A stretch of 64,000 nucleotides of DNA from the NCBI RefSeq assembly GCF_009914755.1, contig NC_060928.1; one strand, given 5' to 3'. Of the stretch, positions 28,402 to 43,938 are shown one piece after another; position 1 is the first letter of the stretch; each line of letters starts with the position of its first letter. Below the pieces are notes generated by a model, which saw only the letters and a program-made list of their open reading frames with translations, did no database searches and was not told where the DNA came from. This stretch comes from the human T2T-CHM13v2.0 reference genome, Homo sapiens. The position numbers and the translations under genes were made by a program.

Positions 28402-30042
28402 AATGTTAAGTGTTATGAGGAAAATAAAATACCCGAATGGGCCAGAAGACAGCTGTCAGAGGGTGCCTCTACAAGGGTGACCAGGGAAGGCCCTTCTGAA
28501 GAAGTGACAATGGGAAGACCCAGGGAGGAGCTGTCCATGGGAGGGAGCAGTGGGAGGCCCCTGGGCGGGAGAGGCTGGCACGCATTTGAGTGGCAAGAAG
28601 AAGCCATGCGAGAGTCGGCAGGGTTTACACCCTGAGGGCTCGATACAGGCTTTGGGGGCAAATTGCGTTTTAAGATCAAGGGTAATTAGTGTCCTGAGAA
28701 AAACCAAGGAAACTCAGAAGAGGGAGGGATCGCGCCCCACCACCTCTCTCTAACGGTGCCCTGTGGGACTTGGACAGTGTGGTTTCCTTGTAAACACAGG
28801 GCCTCCCTGGACCGTCACTACCACCTCGTGAGGCCTACAAGGAAGGCGTGGTTATTTCCGGTCAGACAGGAGGTGACAGACACTGGGAGGGCCTAAGGCT
28901 TGTTGCAGAACTCCTTTTACCACACCAGGGAGCCCACCAATCTCACTGGGGATGTTTAGGTTGCTCATGTCATCGTAGTTCAGGATCTTCCGACCTAAGA
29001 AACAAGCCAACTCCTGCAGGAAGCAGGTAGCCTTGTGTCTCCCACAAGGTCATCTGAGAACATCGGTGGCGTACAGGACTCATGAAAGAAGCGGTCCTGG
29101 GTGAGTGACGTGGACATGGAGCACAGTGCCTCCCAGCCCTGGAGAGTCCCAATGTGGAACGCTGTAAAGCCTCTGAGAAGCTCTGCAGTAAGGAAACCCA
29201 TGAACTGTGCCCCCCACACCAGGCCATAGGAGCTCTTTTGTATGCCATGTCCATTGACATCTCAAGGAATGCAAGTTCTGGAGGTGCCACTTGGAAAACG
29301 CCAGCTGAGAGAGCTGCTATAGAGTGTTTACTAAATGAGCTCTTGAAAGAGTTCAAGGATTTTCTGAGCCTGAAAGTCTTCTCTGTGTGAAAGGATTAGA
29401 AACAACATTTGTAAAGCACTTCCATATGCGTAGAATGAAGACTCTGGATGAATGGAGATTCAAAGTGTTGAAAATCATAAATCCACTCCTGTTTTGTACA
29501 CGAATGTTAATTACTTTGCCCTTTGAACTCATAGTGTTTCCATTAGTATTGCGTGACGATTGGCTTGTTCTTCGGGACTCTAGGATCTCAAAGCAGGAAC
29601 CAGTCTTATCTGGTTTAAAAGATAAATGTTCTAAACCACACATGGCTTTGATTTTGGATTACTACCTACAAGGCTACATATTTACATAGAAAAGAGTCCA
29701 TTTCTAGATTGCTTATAACCATTTATACCTGTTTTCATACAGATTATTATTCTTTTAATTTTTTTTGTTTGCTCTTGCCTAGGGATTTACACAACCGTAT
29801 CTGAACTTGGAGGAAATGTTTTTGATAGGTGTTCACAGAACCACTGAGCTCTGGCAGTTTGTGGAAGAGTGTCTGGTTGACTTTAATTCGAAACAGAATG
29901 TTCAGACCTCTTAGCACCTTCATTTCTCTTCATTTTCCAGCTCCAGCTCCATCTGTATTTCCTCCTTCATTTTAACTCTGTGGTCCACACTTTAAAGTAT
30001 GTGAATGTTATTTTTTTTAATAGTCTGTATTGCCTAGAGTTC

Positions 30043-30270
30043 TGCATTTCCCAAACTAGGTTCTCAGAAAAAAAAGTTTTGAAATATGAGGAAATACAGA
30101 GGTAAACGAGGCTGTTTACTGCAGGACTTCTCATGCCTTTACTATCCTAACATGCACTGTTATTCTCCAGAACGGAGATAAAACAGTTATTATTTTCCAG
30201 ACTTATTTAACTCCTGAATGCCTACCTCAGCCCCTTTCAGGAATGTTATTCTGCAAATCCTACTTTGGAT
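30043..30270. mobile_element. Charlie4-like hAT relic
   Basis: tttactgcaggacttctcatgcctttactatcctaacatgcactgt resembles Charlie4a consensus as recalled. Confidence 0.55.
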
Positions 30271-30318
30271 TAAAAAAACTAAAAGAAGAGTAATCTCTAT
30301 GAAAACAGGTGCAGATGA

Positions 30319-30675
<357 letters not shown>

Positions 30676-32680
30676 TAGATAACAATCCAAATCCAAGTAG
30701 GATTGATGCTGAAGTAAGATCAAACCCAAACCTCTCAACTTGGATTTTCCTCAACCACTCCTCTAGCAATGTGTCCCACTACCACTTCACTTATCCGTCC
30801 CAGCAAAACTAATTGTTTTATAATCTTCCCAAAAAACTTCAGGTTTCTCTACTTTTAAATCTCTTCTTATGATACTCTCTTTCTCTCCTCCATTCTTACC
30901 CAGCAAATCTAAAATGCTTTTCTTTCTTCTGCTCCGGTATGAAAGATCACAGTTCTCCAAATCCCAGTTACCCTGGGAACACCTTCCTGACCATCACAAT
31001 CCACAAAGAATCTCTCTTAGAGCTGTTATCATCTGTACCCTGCCTTAGCCCGTATTATGAATATTTGCTGCCTATGGTTTATCACATATGTACTGTCTCT
31101 GCTACTTGAGGCTCACACCTGTATGTGCATTTGTGTGCCCATGTGTTTAATCCTTGTTAGGCTTTGTACACAGCACAAACTCCATTGAATGAAAAAAATA
31201 GTTTATATTTTGTTTTGAAATCTGATTATTTATTCTCTCTCTTCTTAGATACTCGGTTTTAAAGTGACTGGGGTGGGTGGGATTGCTGTTTTACCTGTCT
31301 TTTGGTTCATGAGTTAGGCAGAGACTATAGAAAAGGCATGAACAATTACTATAGAAACTGCCACAAACATATTAAGCACATAGAGGGTGTCAGCATCTAT
31401 GAATAAAAAGCCCGTATTTTCTCTAAATGAGCTTACGGTCTGTTTGGGGAGATAAGTATTATAATACAATTTAATAAAAGACCTTGTTAGTAGTATCAAA
31501 AAGCATTATAGGATACAGGAATGAGGATGGCTAATTTCAGGTGAGTCTGCAGGACCGTAGATAGAAAGAATTTATGGGATGTAAAGAAAAAAATTCACTG
31601 AAGAGGAGGTAGTGATTTATGCTAAAAGAATAAGACAGAATTAGGAGTTTGGATGGGGAAGAGGAGGTGACGGAGGTTGCAAGGAGGGGAACGAAATGGC
31701 ATGAACACAGGCTAGAAGGCAAGAAAACCCTGGTTGTAGGTTGCATGGAGAAGTCTTGTGGAGACAAAGACAGAATTTGATTTGGGGGTCATTTTTTGGA
31801 AGGCTTTTTTCTTTTTAACCACTTAGGCATTGTGAGTCCATTAAAACAACGTTTAAGCTGATGAGTGGCGTGATAAAGATTAGGCTTTAGGAAAAATGGA
31901 AGACGGAGTTGACACAGGTGAATAAAATGAGGGTTCCACTGAGATTGTCATGGGTCTAATGATCTTGGTGACTCCCAGCAGACCTGGGTATGAGGAGCAG
32001 AGAAAACCCACAGCATAGGTGAAGGGGAGAAAGATACACGTGCTGATGAACAATTGTTTTCAAAGTTAATTTTAATTCTTTGCGGTGAAGGAATAATATA
32101 GGGAGGGGCCTTAAGCTCTTGTGGTCCCCCTTCAAGTGGCCACCCCTCTGCCCCTTCTCTTATATCCAGTGCTCAGCTTATTTCAAGAAGATAAGCCCAC
32201 CCCGAGCCTGTTCTTTCCTTGCCAAAAACCCTAATTGCTGGTTTTCCTAGTGGTCTTTCTCTCCCGGTTTCTCTCACTGGCAGCCTGAAGAAATCATATT
32301 ATAACGAGTGAGGAAAGAATGTTCTCCATGGAGAACCTGTTCTGGCATCTTAAGATCCTGTTTCTCCTGGTGTTCTGAGTAGGATGCTTCAGCCTTCAGA
32401 GCTGCAGGGCATCTGATTTAAGAGCCATCTGTTTTAATCAGGCATTTTGCCTGATTTATGAAGAAGAGGATGGTGGAGGGGGAGGGGCTGGGATATACTA
32501 TATTCTCCCAGTTAGATGAGAATTACTGAGAATTACTGTGCCAGATCCCGGCAATGATGTGTTTGCATTATTGAATGTCATTGCTTTTCCTTTCATTGTT
32601 CTTTATCTTAAAGTTTCAGAGCCTCTTGTTAGTGTTTCTAAAACTTCAACACTTTGTGTTTTTGGAGCTCCTAGACAGGT

Positions 32681-32856
32681 GCCAGGCGCAGTGGCTTATG
32701 CCTGTAGTCCCAGCACGTTGGGAGGCCAAGACGGGAGGAACACTTGAACTCAGGAGTTGGAGGCCGCAGTGAGTGGCAATTGGGTCACTACACTCCAGCC
32801 TGAGTAACAGAAGGAGACCCTGTCTCAAAACAGACAAACAAACAAACAAACAAAAA
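32681..32856 (+). mobile_element. Alu monomer (FAM/FRAM-like)
   Basis: Single arm with (CAAA)n tail. Confidence 0.85.
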
Positions 32857-34227
32857 GAACAATGTATTTTATTTTGTCAATCAACATGAATAGAAGTTGA
32901 AGCAATTTACCCTCACATTTGATACTCCGTGATACAAATTAGAAAAAGGTCATCTCTTATTTATAGTTCTTTTTTTTTTCCCCCTATGAGTGGGCACTAT
33001 TTACATGTGGAAGGATCTGTGTCCAAGCTTTCAATCACCATGTTGTTTCGGCTCTAGAGCTGCCTATAAGCAACTGTACAGAGTTTAGAGTGGATCAAGG
33101 TGGTGACATGTTCGCCCTCTCTATTACCCATGTGGGCACACCCAGTGTTTAGAAAATAGTTTTTCTCTACATCTCCATTTGCCGCTGTCACTTGAGGAAA
33201 TTTTACTAAAATTCAGAAGGTTTTGAAACTCCCAGATTACCTTTAAAACTTAGGGAGACTGGTTGCCCAGAGGATAAACAGAGATTTCAAAAATATGACA
33301 TGGAAGAGAGGGTGAAAGGCTGGCACTTCTTAAGCCGAGAGCCCGAGGAGAAAGGCCAAGATCGGGACACAGCAGATACGTTTCCTGGACAGGGCTGCTG
33401 AGGGAACGTTGCCAGATGAGCTTTCAGCGAATGCTGTGTTTCATTTGTTCTTGGTCCCTTCATCATTAAAAGCATATTAAAGTGTCATAGTCACTCGGAG
33501 CAGTGGCCCACCCCACCATGATCCTGCTTTACCGTGGGACATGAGGCCAGAGATCTGAGGTTATCCATCGTTTGTCATCCTGAGAAGGAGTTTCCTTTAA
33601 TAAGTCGGGGTATATTTCCCTTCCTAGCTCTTTTCCCATATAGTTAATTCTTGGCGTGTGCAATCACTTTTAGTCTATTAGTATTAATCGTGCCCCCTTG
33701 CTGCTCCAGGCTCTGTGCTGGGCTCAAGAGACACAAAGGTTGAGTAGCTTCTCCTGAAAGGTACCTCACAGCCCCAAGGGGGAAGCAGACAGGAATGCAA
33801 TTCACTACAAGTGCCAAGAGCTAGAATAGAGCACCGGTATGGCTCAGGGGATGCAGAAGAAGGAAGAACTGATTGCTGGGGACAGTCAGAATTTTCCCTC
33901 TGCTTTTTTATTCCTGTAGTGTAAAATTTGCATAATAAAGAAGCAAGTTAACATGTTGTGTCAACCTATGCCTCTCGAACATTAGAGTGTGTTCTGGATC
34001 TGGGGCTTGACCACTTGCTCAGCAAGTCTGTAATTGTCCTGAAAGCCTTTCTGAAGCCATGACTGAAGCCTCTCGGTGGCATCTGAGGAGAAATGTTAGG
34101 AAAACATTTAGATGGCAGTTCAGTGGATCATAGAAACTACTTTGCTAATACAGTTTAGTGACATTTTTAGAAAGGAGGCCAGAATACCAGAGAGCCATGG
34201 ACAACCATTTCTTTACATTGTTTCTAG

Positions 34228-34392
34228 GGCCAGCACTGTGGCTCACACCTGTAACCGCAGCACTGTGGGAGGCCGAGGAGGGAGGATTGCTTGAGCTCAG
34301 GAGGTTGAGCCTGCAGTGAGCTATGATTGTGCCATTGCACTTCAGCCTGGGCAACAGATGGAGACTCAGTTTCTTTAAAAAAGAAAAAAAAA
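34228..34392 (+). mobile_element. Alu monomer (FAM/FRAM-like)
   Basis: Single arm, A tail, TSD attgtttct. Confidence 0.88.
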
Positions 34393-37300
34393 TTGTTTCT
34401 CTATGTATGAGTTGGATAATGGAAGTTACCTAGATCTTCCTCAGGTCATCTGGGCATGCTGGTGAGGTGGCAGAACCTGCCCCAAAGACGAATGTCCCGA
34501 CTTGAGTGAAGGTTGCTCAGGTGGACTTGAAAAGTCTGGGGAAACCAGGAACAGCTGATTAAGCCCGAGGAGGCATAATATAGCAGCACTGTGACCCTGA
34601 CGGCTGGAAAAATTTAGATGCTCAGTTTTTCTCCTGAGTGCAACAATTCTCATGTCTTACTCGAATTCAAGACTTCATGGAATGCAGCAAGCTGTGTATA
34701 GCTCCTCGTAGCAAAACCTCAAATGGGTGGAAATAAGATGTCCGGCTTAACTGAATGTTCTAGTTTATTAAAAGTAAACCCTTCTGTTAAGAGTAAGCCC
34801 TTTTATTAAAAAAGAAAAAGGGTAAGTCACTCCCCACTTTTCTTTTGATAAAAATATGTCTTTAATACAATACAGTGAGTATATCCTTGAACCTTTTTGG
34901 TTTATTTGGTGTTTTGAGGATTTCCCCAGATTCTTCCGACTTTGATATTACTCCTCATGGTAAGACATGAGAATGAAGCTCTGGGAGATTCAGATTATTT
35001 TCTGAAACTTTAAATAATAAACACTGATTATGTATTTATTTGCTGTGTGAAAGTTCTGGATAGTGAAATTAAAACTTCCCAGTATGGTATGATGTAGACT
35101 CTTTTTAGTATACCTGACAAACAAAAGAAAGCAAGCCGTGCTATCTTTATAACACAATTTTCCATGACGAGGAAAGAAAATGGACAATAAAGAAAATACA
35201 AACCACCACTTAATAAAGCTGTCAGAATTGTTCGATGGGCCTAGAAACTGACTGTCGTTGAGAGCTGTTCAGAATCCATGTCCATATCTGTGGTGCATAT
35301 CAATTGAGGGGTAGAAGCAGCTTTTTTAAAGCTCTTTTTTTAATATAAGCATGGGAATCCTGTGAAAGGTTAAAAGCTATAATGGATCACCTTTTCAACT
35401 TGCTAAGTCATATTTTTATTATCTGAGGTGATCTGTATTAATATATCTGTATAACAGATGATTACACAGCCTTGAAAATAGAAAATGTTTTCATTCCTTA
35501 GATTAAATCAATAAAGGTGAAATTAGACCCAACTCTCAGAATACTTAGAATAGTCATTTATCACACTATTAGCTTGGCATCTCAGAATTTACCTTTATTA
35601 ATTTTGGCTTCACTAATTCTAAATTTTGTGATTATTTAGACAAAAGTTGGACTAGAATTACTTTTGTGAGATTCTGTAACTGTGTAAGTAGAAACAATCA
35701 GTGACTATTTAAAGCTATGTACGAGACCATTCTTTGGAAGTTCCCATATACTTGGAAACATTGATAAGCTATTTAAAAACAATCCTTCCCAGTCATCAGT
35801 GGAATCCCAGAGATGCTTTTTCTTGCTTCTTTTTTGTACTGTATTCTGGGCTTAATTATGGTGGGACCAAGGAATGGGCGGGACCAAGGAATGGGCTTCT
35901 GATTCACAAGCAGGCCGTAAAGCAGCCAAGGTATCTTTCCCAAAATTTGTTTATGGCCTGATTGATTTGGGATGTCTCAGAACTCATACTTCCGTGGGCA
36001 AAAAAATCGTTGTAAGTAGTAGTGAATACATTTCAGTACTTACGATGAAATGAAGCCCATTTTATTCCATATGCAGCTGTGATAGTCTCATACTAGTATC
36101 TCCAAACTGTTATGTTGTTATATACTCTACCAGTACTAAAATACCAGAGCCATAGTATGATTAAAATGGCTTTGGGAACTTGCGCGACATTTTTAACACT
36201 ACATGTGATTGTGTTTTGTATAAAAGTGTTTGTGTTCTAAGAGTTCATTTGTGAGTAAATGACTGCTTGTAGTAACGAAAAGCATTGTTCAACCCTAAAA
36301 CCATTTCTTTCTAGGTCGTCAAATACAGTTTAGATGACTATGGTTTTTAGCTATTTTAACTACCAGTAGTATATTAATAGCCTTGCACTTTTAGTCATTT
36401 CACCTACATTAGAGATTATGTTGGTTTTTTGTACTCTGAACTACACCATGAGTTGCCCTTTATAATATTGTTTATTGGGACAATGCATTCTACAAATGAT
36501 GGTGGTTTATAAATTTTAAGTCTAGGGCACCTGTGTGCTCTTTCACTTAAAATTTATAAAAATATTTATTATAAGAATGAGAGTACAATATACTTAGTAA
36601 TAAAAATCTTCAAATTTAAAACATGTTCTTTGGGTGATTTTCATAGCCGCTTTGTCTTTATATGGTCTTTCAAAGACATAGTTATGAATTTCAGTTGTTG
36701 CACTGATGGGAGAGAAGAATTTCAGTAATTACTATATTGAACGTGGAAATGCTGTATAAGAACCCCATTTGTTGTTCTTAAAAATATAAAAGTGAACTTT
36801 CTAAGAGGATTCCTTCTCTCTCAGATTAACAAGTCCACATTCATAGTCTACTGAATGTAAAAATGTTCTTGCTTGAAATCTTATATGATTCTATCCTGAA
36901 AGTTAAACTTAAGAAGCCTAGAAATCATGAAGATACTGGTTATATGTGGCTTACTGGATGGCTGCCTAAAATTATTTACGACCTTTTTATTCTTAGATGG
37001 CCTTATTTGCTTTAACTAATACGAGACTGCAGTGAGTGTTATTCTGGTGAGTGGGTGCCATTCCTGGCTGGATCTAACAGGGAGATACCATCCTTGCAGG
37101 GAGCACAGTCTTTATTCCTTGCAGTGAGACCTGCTTCTCCAGGTGTGCCCACACCTTGTTAACTGTCTTTCTCTAACTACTGTGGACTCTCTTCAGGGAA
37201 TAAGAATTCTTTGTCCTCTCCTTGGCCGCCCTTCAGAAGCAAATGTCTTTCTTCTTTGAATGCCTTTGGTAGGCATTTCCTGCTCTGTTTTCAAGTCTTG

Positions 37301-38011
37301 CTCAACTTGAAAAAGTTTTTGAACCTTGAAAAGCAGGTATCCTGATCTGCTTTCAGTACTAATGCCAGTGATAAAATTACACTAATTGCTTTTAATCTCC
37401 TAGTCACTTTAGTTTTGGTATGAGAACATTCTGGTATTTGTGAACAGGCTTTTGTGCCAGAAAAATAATATAAAACCATTGCTCAGAAAAATAGTGCCAT
37501 TAGGAGCCCTCAGCAGCACATAATAATGGCAATTAATGACAATCAGCGGCCAACTCACTGCTCACTGTATCTGATATTTTTTAAGGGAGCAAAACATATG
37601 AAGTTTATTTTATTATTATTTTTTTACTTTGTGTAAGTATTTTTACATCTGCTTGTGATTATTCTGCCTTGTAACTACCACCTCAGGCCCAGTTCTTTTT
37701 AGGGGAAAAAATGAATTCCTTATGTAATAAGTGATCGTTTGGAAAATTTCTCTGACAGACCGTGAGCTCTTCTTATGAAACATTCAATACCAAAAAAAAA
37801 ATATGCAGCTATAATTCACTACAGAAGTATGGGTTTGTAAGAGAGATAGAGGATCTTATGTATCCAACTTAATTTCTTTTGTAAGGATGAAAATTTGCGC
37901 CTCATATATTAATGTAATAACTTAATATGAAGTGCTGCAGGTATTAAAAAAACCCTATCATCTGGATAAACTATAAGTTGTGCCAAGACAGCATGGCATC
38001 GAGTGGAATCA

Positions 38012-38303
38012 TTTTTTTTTTGAAACAGAGTCTCACTCTGTTGCCCAGGTTGGAGTATAGTGGCGCAATCTTGGCTCACTGCAACCTCTGCCTCTGGGTT
38101 CAAGCAATTCTCCTACCTCAGCCTTCTGAACAGCTGAGATTACAGGCGCCCACAACCATGCTCAGGTAATTTTTGTAGTTTTTAGTAGAGACGGGGTTTC
38201 ACCATGTTGGCCGGGCTAGTCTCGAACTTCTGACCTCAGGTGATCCTCCTGCCTCGGCCTCCCAAAGTGCTGGGATTACAGACGTGAACCACTGTGCCCG
38301 GCC
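38012..38303 (-). mobile_element. Alu, AluSx-like
   Basis: Antisense dimer; TSD agtggaa(t/c)catt. Confidence 0.95.
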
Positions 38304-39113
38304 AAGTGGAACCATTGGACCTTGTTCAAGATGACTGCCTTATTCGAAACACCTTCAGTTTAGGATTATATTGCTGCATAGACTCTAAAGGAAGAATTAT
38401 AGCCAGATTCCAGAATATGTACAAACTTTTTATGTATTTAAAAAAAAATCACAAGTGTGTTTAAAAATGTAAATAAAGGCAGAAATATCAAGGCTATGTG
38501 TCAGAGACTTGAAATAGCATATTTAACATCGATCATAAAAGGGGCCTCTTGCAGATTGTGAAGTGGTGGTTTTTAAAATTAGAAGCCGGGTGTGTGGCAA
38601 GCTCAGAAGCATATGACATAGCTGTTGCTAGGGTAAGCGTGCTGCTTTGGGCCAATAGCTGAGTAAATAAACAAGATAAACCCACGTAAATTGATGGCTC
38701 TGGTCCTCCTAACTCATTGGCCATCTGCTTATTATTTTTTTTTTAATCCTGGGTTTTCTCACCCTGCAATGTCCATGTATCTGACACTTTGGAATTCAGA
38801 TCTGCTCTATGAGATTAGTCCGTCATCTTTGTGTTCTGCTGTTTGCTTTTAGTGAAAGTTTGAAAAACCATGAAGGCCATGGAATCAATGATAAGACAGA
38901 ACGTTTCAGAAAGTCACGTTCTGAAACTTGTCTATAAGCTGTGAATGTTACTTCTCAGATTTTTAAAGTGTTACTTACTTTTTGGAAGCTGGCTCTTTAT
39001 TTTTAATACAAAGACAGTCTAAGTCTTTTCCCTGCATGTTATGTCCTGTTGGTATGTTCAGATCTGTCTATAAGCATTTTTGTGTTGGGCACATATAAAA
39101 ATTGGGAGGATTG

Positions 39114-39502
<389 letters not shown>

Positions 39503-40546
39503 CTAGTAACACACGCAGCATGCAAGCTTCCTCCTGGAGCACTGTGCTGGGGGTTGTTTCCATAGATATTGTGGGATAGTAATGCCTCCCTTTACTGTCT
39601 CTTGGGTATGTTGAAACCGGGAAGTGAGACAATGCACATGAACATGCTTTGAGTTCTTTGGAAGAAAGCTACTTAAATCAGGCATGTAATTAGTTTCATC
39701 ACCATTATGTGTGTGCTTCTCCTGAAAATTGCCCAGGGAAGCTCCACAGTAAGGCAGGGCTGTAGTTGTACAAACACAAAGCTGCCAGGGCTGCACACCA
39801 TGGAAATGGTGGTTTCCCCAGGATTGTAACTCCAGTGCTCTGTCATGACTCTGAAACGACACCTCCAATTGGAGAGCGTGGATGAGCTTCCTCCAGACTT
39901 GTGGTCTGCTCAGCTGAGGTCCGGGTACTTGCCTTCTGTTTCATGAGACCTCATCCTTTTCCCTACATGGGCTGGATATCTGAGACAGTGTGGCCTGTGG
40001 CTCCCATAAGTAAGTGGCGAGCGGACAATCATTCTGCTTTCCTAAGAGATGGGCATTCTGACTCAGATGTGGTTGTACCAATATCTTAGCAGATGGCAAG
40101 AAACAGATTGCAGAGACTTGGAGAAAAAAAAATGTCACGGATGTGTCCAACCCACTTTTGGAGCTGTAGCCCCATTTGGGATATTTTCTTATCAGTGACA
40201 CTGGGAGAAAGGCTTCATCCCTTGGTAAAAGTGACCCTTTTGCATGCCATTTTTCTTTGGTTGTGCAGGGGGTTTTATTATTTTCTTCAACCCTAGCCTC
40301 CCTGCAGTCATAACTGAATAAGAAAGTCTCTTTGTATTTGCTCCCTTTTAGAGAAGGAGGACAGTCCTTAGGTTTACAGAGGTTCTCTTTAAGCAACTGC
40401 AATATTTGATTGACTCCTGGAAAGCTCAGAGTCTCAGGAGGACTGAAGATTATTAATGAGCTTTTACCTTTGTTGTGTATTTTAAAATGTACTTATTATT
40501 CTAAGCAATTATACAGAACTCTTTCTAATAGCATTTTTGTTCATGA

Positions 40547-40944
<398 letters not shown>

Positions 40945-41674
40945 AAACTTAGAATTTTGCAGTGTGAATTAAGTTTACATGTTGTGGGATAGCTTTGGTT
41001 TCTGTGATTTCTCAAGAACAGTCACATACATCTCAAGAGCTCCTGTCCTTCCACTGTCTGCAGACTTAGTGGCCCTCGGCTGCCTCTTTCCCTGACCAAC
41101 ATTTGTCTCAAGTAGTCACCAACAATGCCCATATTATTACAGGGTGATGGGGACTGTGGAGAAACTGAGTTCTAAATTTCTCTTCTTGTCTTTATTCTCT
41201 TAAAATAAGGAAAGTCCTTCTTTCTCTCCCTTCCCTCCGCTTCCTCAAGGCTTTCATGGTAGGTGGTGGTGAATACCTTGGCTGGGGTTTTAGAAGGTGG
41301 GGCAGGGGAAGGAGGCAATTGTGGTTTTGTTTTCTGTTCCTTATTGATAGCACTTCCGCAGAGGCCAGTGGCTTTTCTAGGGAGAGTCTGTGTTTGCCCC
41401 AGGCGAAGCCTCCCATTTTATGGAGGAGCCTGTGATAGTCGGGACTGTGTTCCCTGGAGGGCTCCCTCTCACTGTGTGGGAGCCCGAGGCCTGGTGGAGC
41501 GGGCTTTGCAGCCTCCTCCTTTCATGCAGCAGTAGCTGGTGTCTCCTTTGCAAAGCCCTCTAAGAAAATTGAGTGGCAGCCTGTGTTTTGTCAAAGAAGG
41601 ATGGAAGAGGAGGGTATACTTAAAACCTGGGTCTTGAGAGGATGAGCTCCGCTCGTTTTAGTCTCACATGAGTA

Positions 41675-41961
41675 CTTTTATCATTATTGTTGTTGCTATT
41701 ATTGGAGACAGGCAGGAGTCAAGGGCCATGATGGTGGCCCACTGCAGCCTTGACCGCCCAGGCTCAAGCGATCCTCCCATCTCAGCTTCCCGAGCAGCTG
41801 TGACCACAGATACATGCCACCACGCTGGGCTAATTTTTTAAAAATTTATTTGTAAAGATGGGGTCTTACTATGTTGCTCAGGTCCATCCAGGGAGGAGTG
41901 ATCCTCCTGCCTCAGCCTCCCAAAATGCTGGGATTATAGGTGTGAGCCACTGCACCTGGCC
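41675..41961 (-). mobile_element. degenerate AluJ
   Basis: cactgcagccttgac..ggctcaagcgatcctccc; TSD cacatga(g/a)tacttt. Confidence 0.88.
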
Positions 41962-43179
41962 ACATGAATACTTTAGATACTGTTGACCAGAGGCCCCATA
42001 TCAGCTAGAATTGTTGCAGGTGCATGTTGCCTATGTTCACCTTGATCCCCATGAGTTCTCCAAGAGGTGCAGATCTCTTGATGACCCAAGCTCTGCGTCT
42101 TGCAGACACCTGAACCCTGTGTCTGGCCCACACAGTTCTCTGACAGAGACTGTCTACAATTTGAACTTCAAGGGGCGACTCCCAGGCGGTCTGATGCATT
42201 ACCCCTGACTTGGCCAGGTCCCAAGCTCTTGGCAGCCTCCCAGACTGCAAAGGCTGTGCGTAATGGCTTTCCAGAGAGTGTGCAGCAGGCCCGGGAGGCC
42301 TGGGCTCCTTTCCTATGGGGGAGATGCCAGCTTTGGCTCAGCCTCCTGGTTGGCTCTGACCAGGAGGTCAGATAAGTGGATGACGTAAGTGGATGACGGA
42401 TAGGCTTCTTGGTATTCCTTGTTTATGGTATTAATAACCAGACATGGAACTGCACCAGAAAGGAGGTTTTTAAAAGTGAAAGTAGTTAGTCATGTTGAGC
42501 CGGGATGGCAAGGAGAGGTTGCCAGCGCCAGTGGTTTGAAAGGTGCTGAGGCCCCACCTGTATGGAGGCAGCCGCTCAGGGTGCCTGCTGAGCTGTCAGT
42601 AGTTCTCATTGTCCCGTAGGGGACCCAGCACCTCCCCTCCTCTCTGCTGCCCAGCCCTGTGGCCTGAGCCAAGTCGTTCACGGCTGCGCCTCCCACTTTC
42701 TTGTCTGCAGAGCGAGTGGGGTTGCCAGGAAGGTCATGTAAACCAGTGAAGTGGGCCAAGCGGGCATTCTATTCTGACGTTTCTTGAAACGTGCACAAAG
42801 CCCTGTGAGTTCCATTGTGAGTGCGAATGGAGAAGCGTTTTCTAGACTGAGAACGGTTGACAGTAGTTCCTGCATCCTGGAACATGGCCGTGCCGTTCAG
42901 TCTTTGTGTTGGGGAGGGTCTTGGAGAATGTGTGGCCCCTCTATAGGGCCACCACTCGGCTTCAGGAAAAAAGGCCCATACTATGAGACTGTGTTTTTTG
43001 GGTTTTTTTGATGCTATAAATCTGTAAAACTTACCCAATTTCAAAAAATATGATGAGGACCAAAACTAAAAAAATTATATGTGGGCAGAATTTGCTGAGT
43101 CTTCCATCTTTGGGATAAAAACAATCTCTTTTAGCTCTAAGTTCTGTGAGTCTCTGATTCTTGCTATCCCCTGAACTAA

Positions 43180-43310
43180 AGTCCTGCTACTCAAAGCGTA
43201 TGGTCTGGGGACCAGCAAGTCAGCATCTCCTTTGAGCTCAAGAGAAATGAAGAATCTCGGGTCCGCACACAGACCTACAGGATCTGCATTTTAACCAGAT
43301 CCCAAACATT
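43180..43310. mobile_element. MER5A-like hAT relic
   Basis: ctactcaaag..ggtc..ggaccagca..cagcatc..agaaatgaagaatctcggg..atctgcattttaacca. Confidence 0.75.
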
Positions 43311-43619
43311 TCCAGAAAGATGATGCTAAAATGTTTTGGAGTAGGGGAAACATGAACACCAGCCAGTATGTTAGCATGAATCTGGTTTTCAGGTTAATTC
43401 ACTGACCAAAAGAATCAATGGATCAGAGCATATAGAGATTACTTTTGACCAAGGGAGAAAATAGGGTCTGTAACTTTGTTGCAGAGCCGTTTTGCGTGCT
43501 CTGTATGCGTGCTCTGCACAGTGGAGTGGGACACATGGAAGCTTTGAGTTTCTGGTTGAGGATAAAGCGTTATTAACTTTATTAAGAATTTTAAGCACCT
43601 GCCTCATGCCGCACTTTCG

Positions 43620-43938
43620 CTGCTGCTGCTGCTGCTGCTGTGTTTTTGAGAAGGAATCTCGCTCTGTCTCCCAGGCTGGAGTACAGTGGGGCGATCTTGG
43701 CTTACTGCAACCTCTACCTCCTGAGCTCAAGTGATTCTCGTGCCTCAGCCTCCCAAGTAGCTGGGACTACAGGTGCCTGCCACCACACCTGACTAATTTT
43801 TTTTTTCTTTTTACTTTTAGTAGAGACGGGGTCTCACCCTGTTGGCCAGGCTGGTCTTGAACTCTTGACCCCAAGTAATCTGCCTTCCTCGGCCTCCCAA
43901 AGTGCTGGGATTACAGGTGTGAGCCACAGTACCTGGCT
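43620..43938 (-). mobile_element. AluS with (CTG)7 in tail region
   Basis: Antisense dimer; TSD atgcc(g/a)cacttt; (CTG)7 at 43620-43640. Confidence 0.93.

Noticed and set aside
31249-31272. 24-nt frame-preserving microexon (ILGFKVTG)
   Set aside because: Good acceptor but modest donor (GGG/GTGGGT), no upstream UGC enhancer motif, sits among L2 relics; chance is likely
38895-38930. Short hairpin gtttcagaa-N7-ttctgaaac
   Set aside because: A 9-bp stem is expected by chance in 64 kb and is too short for a pre-miRNA
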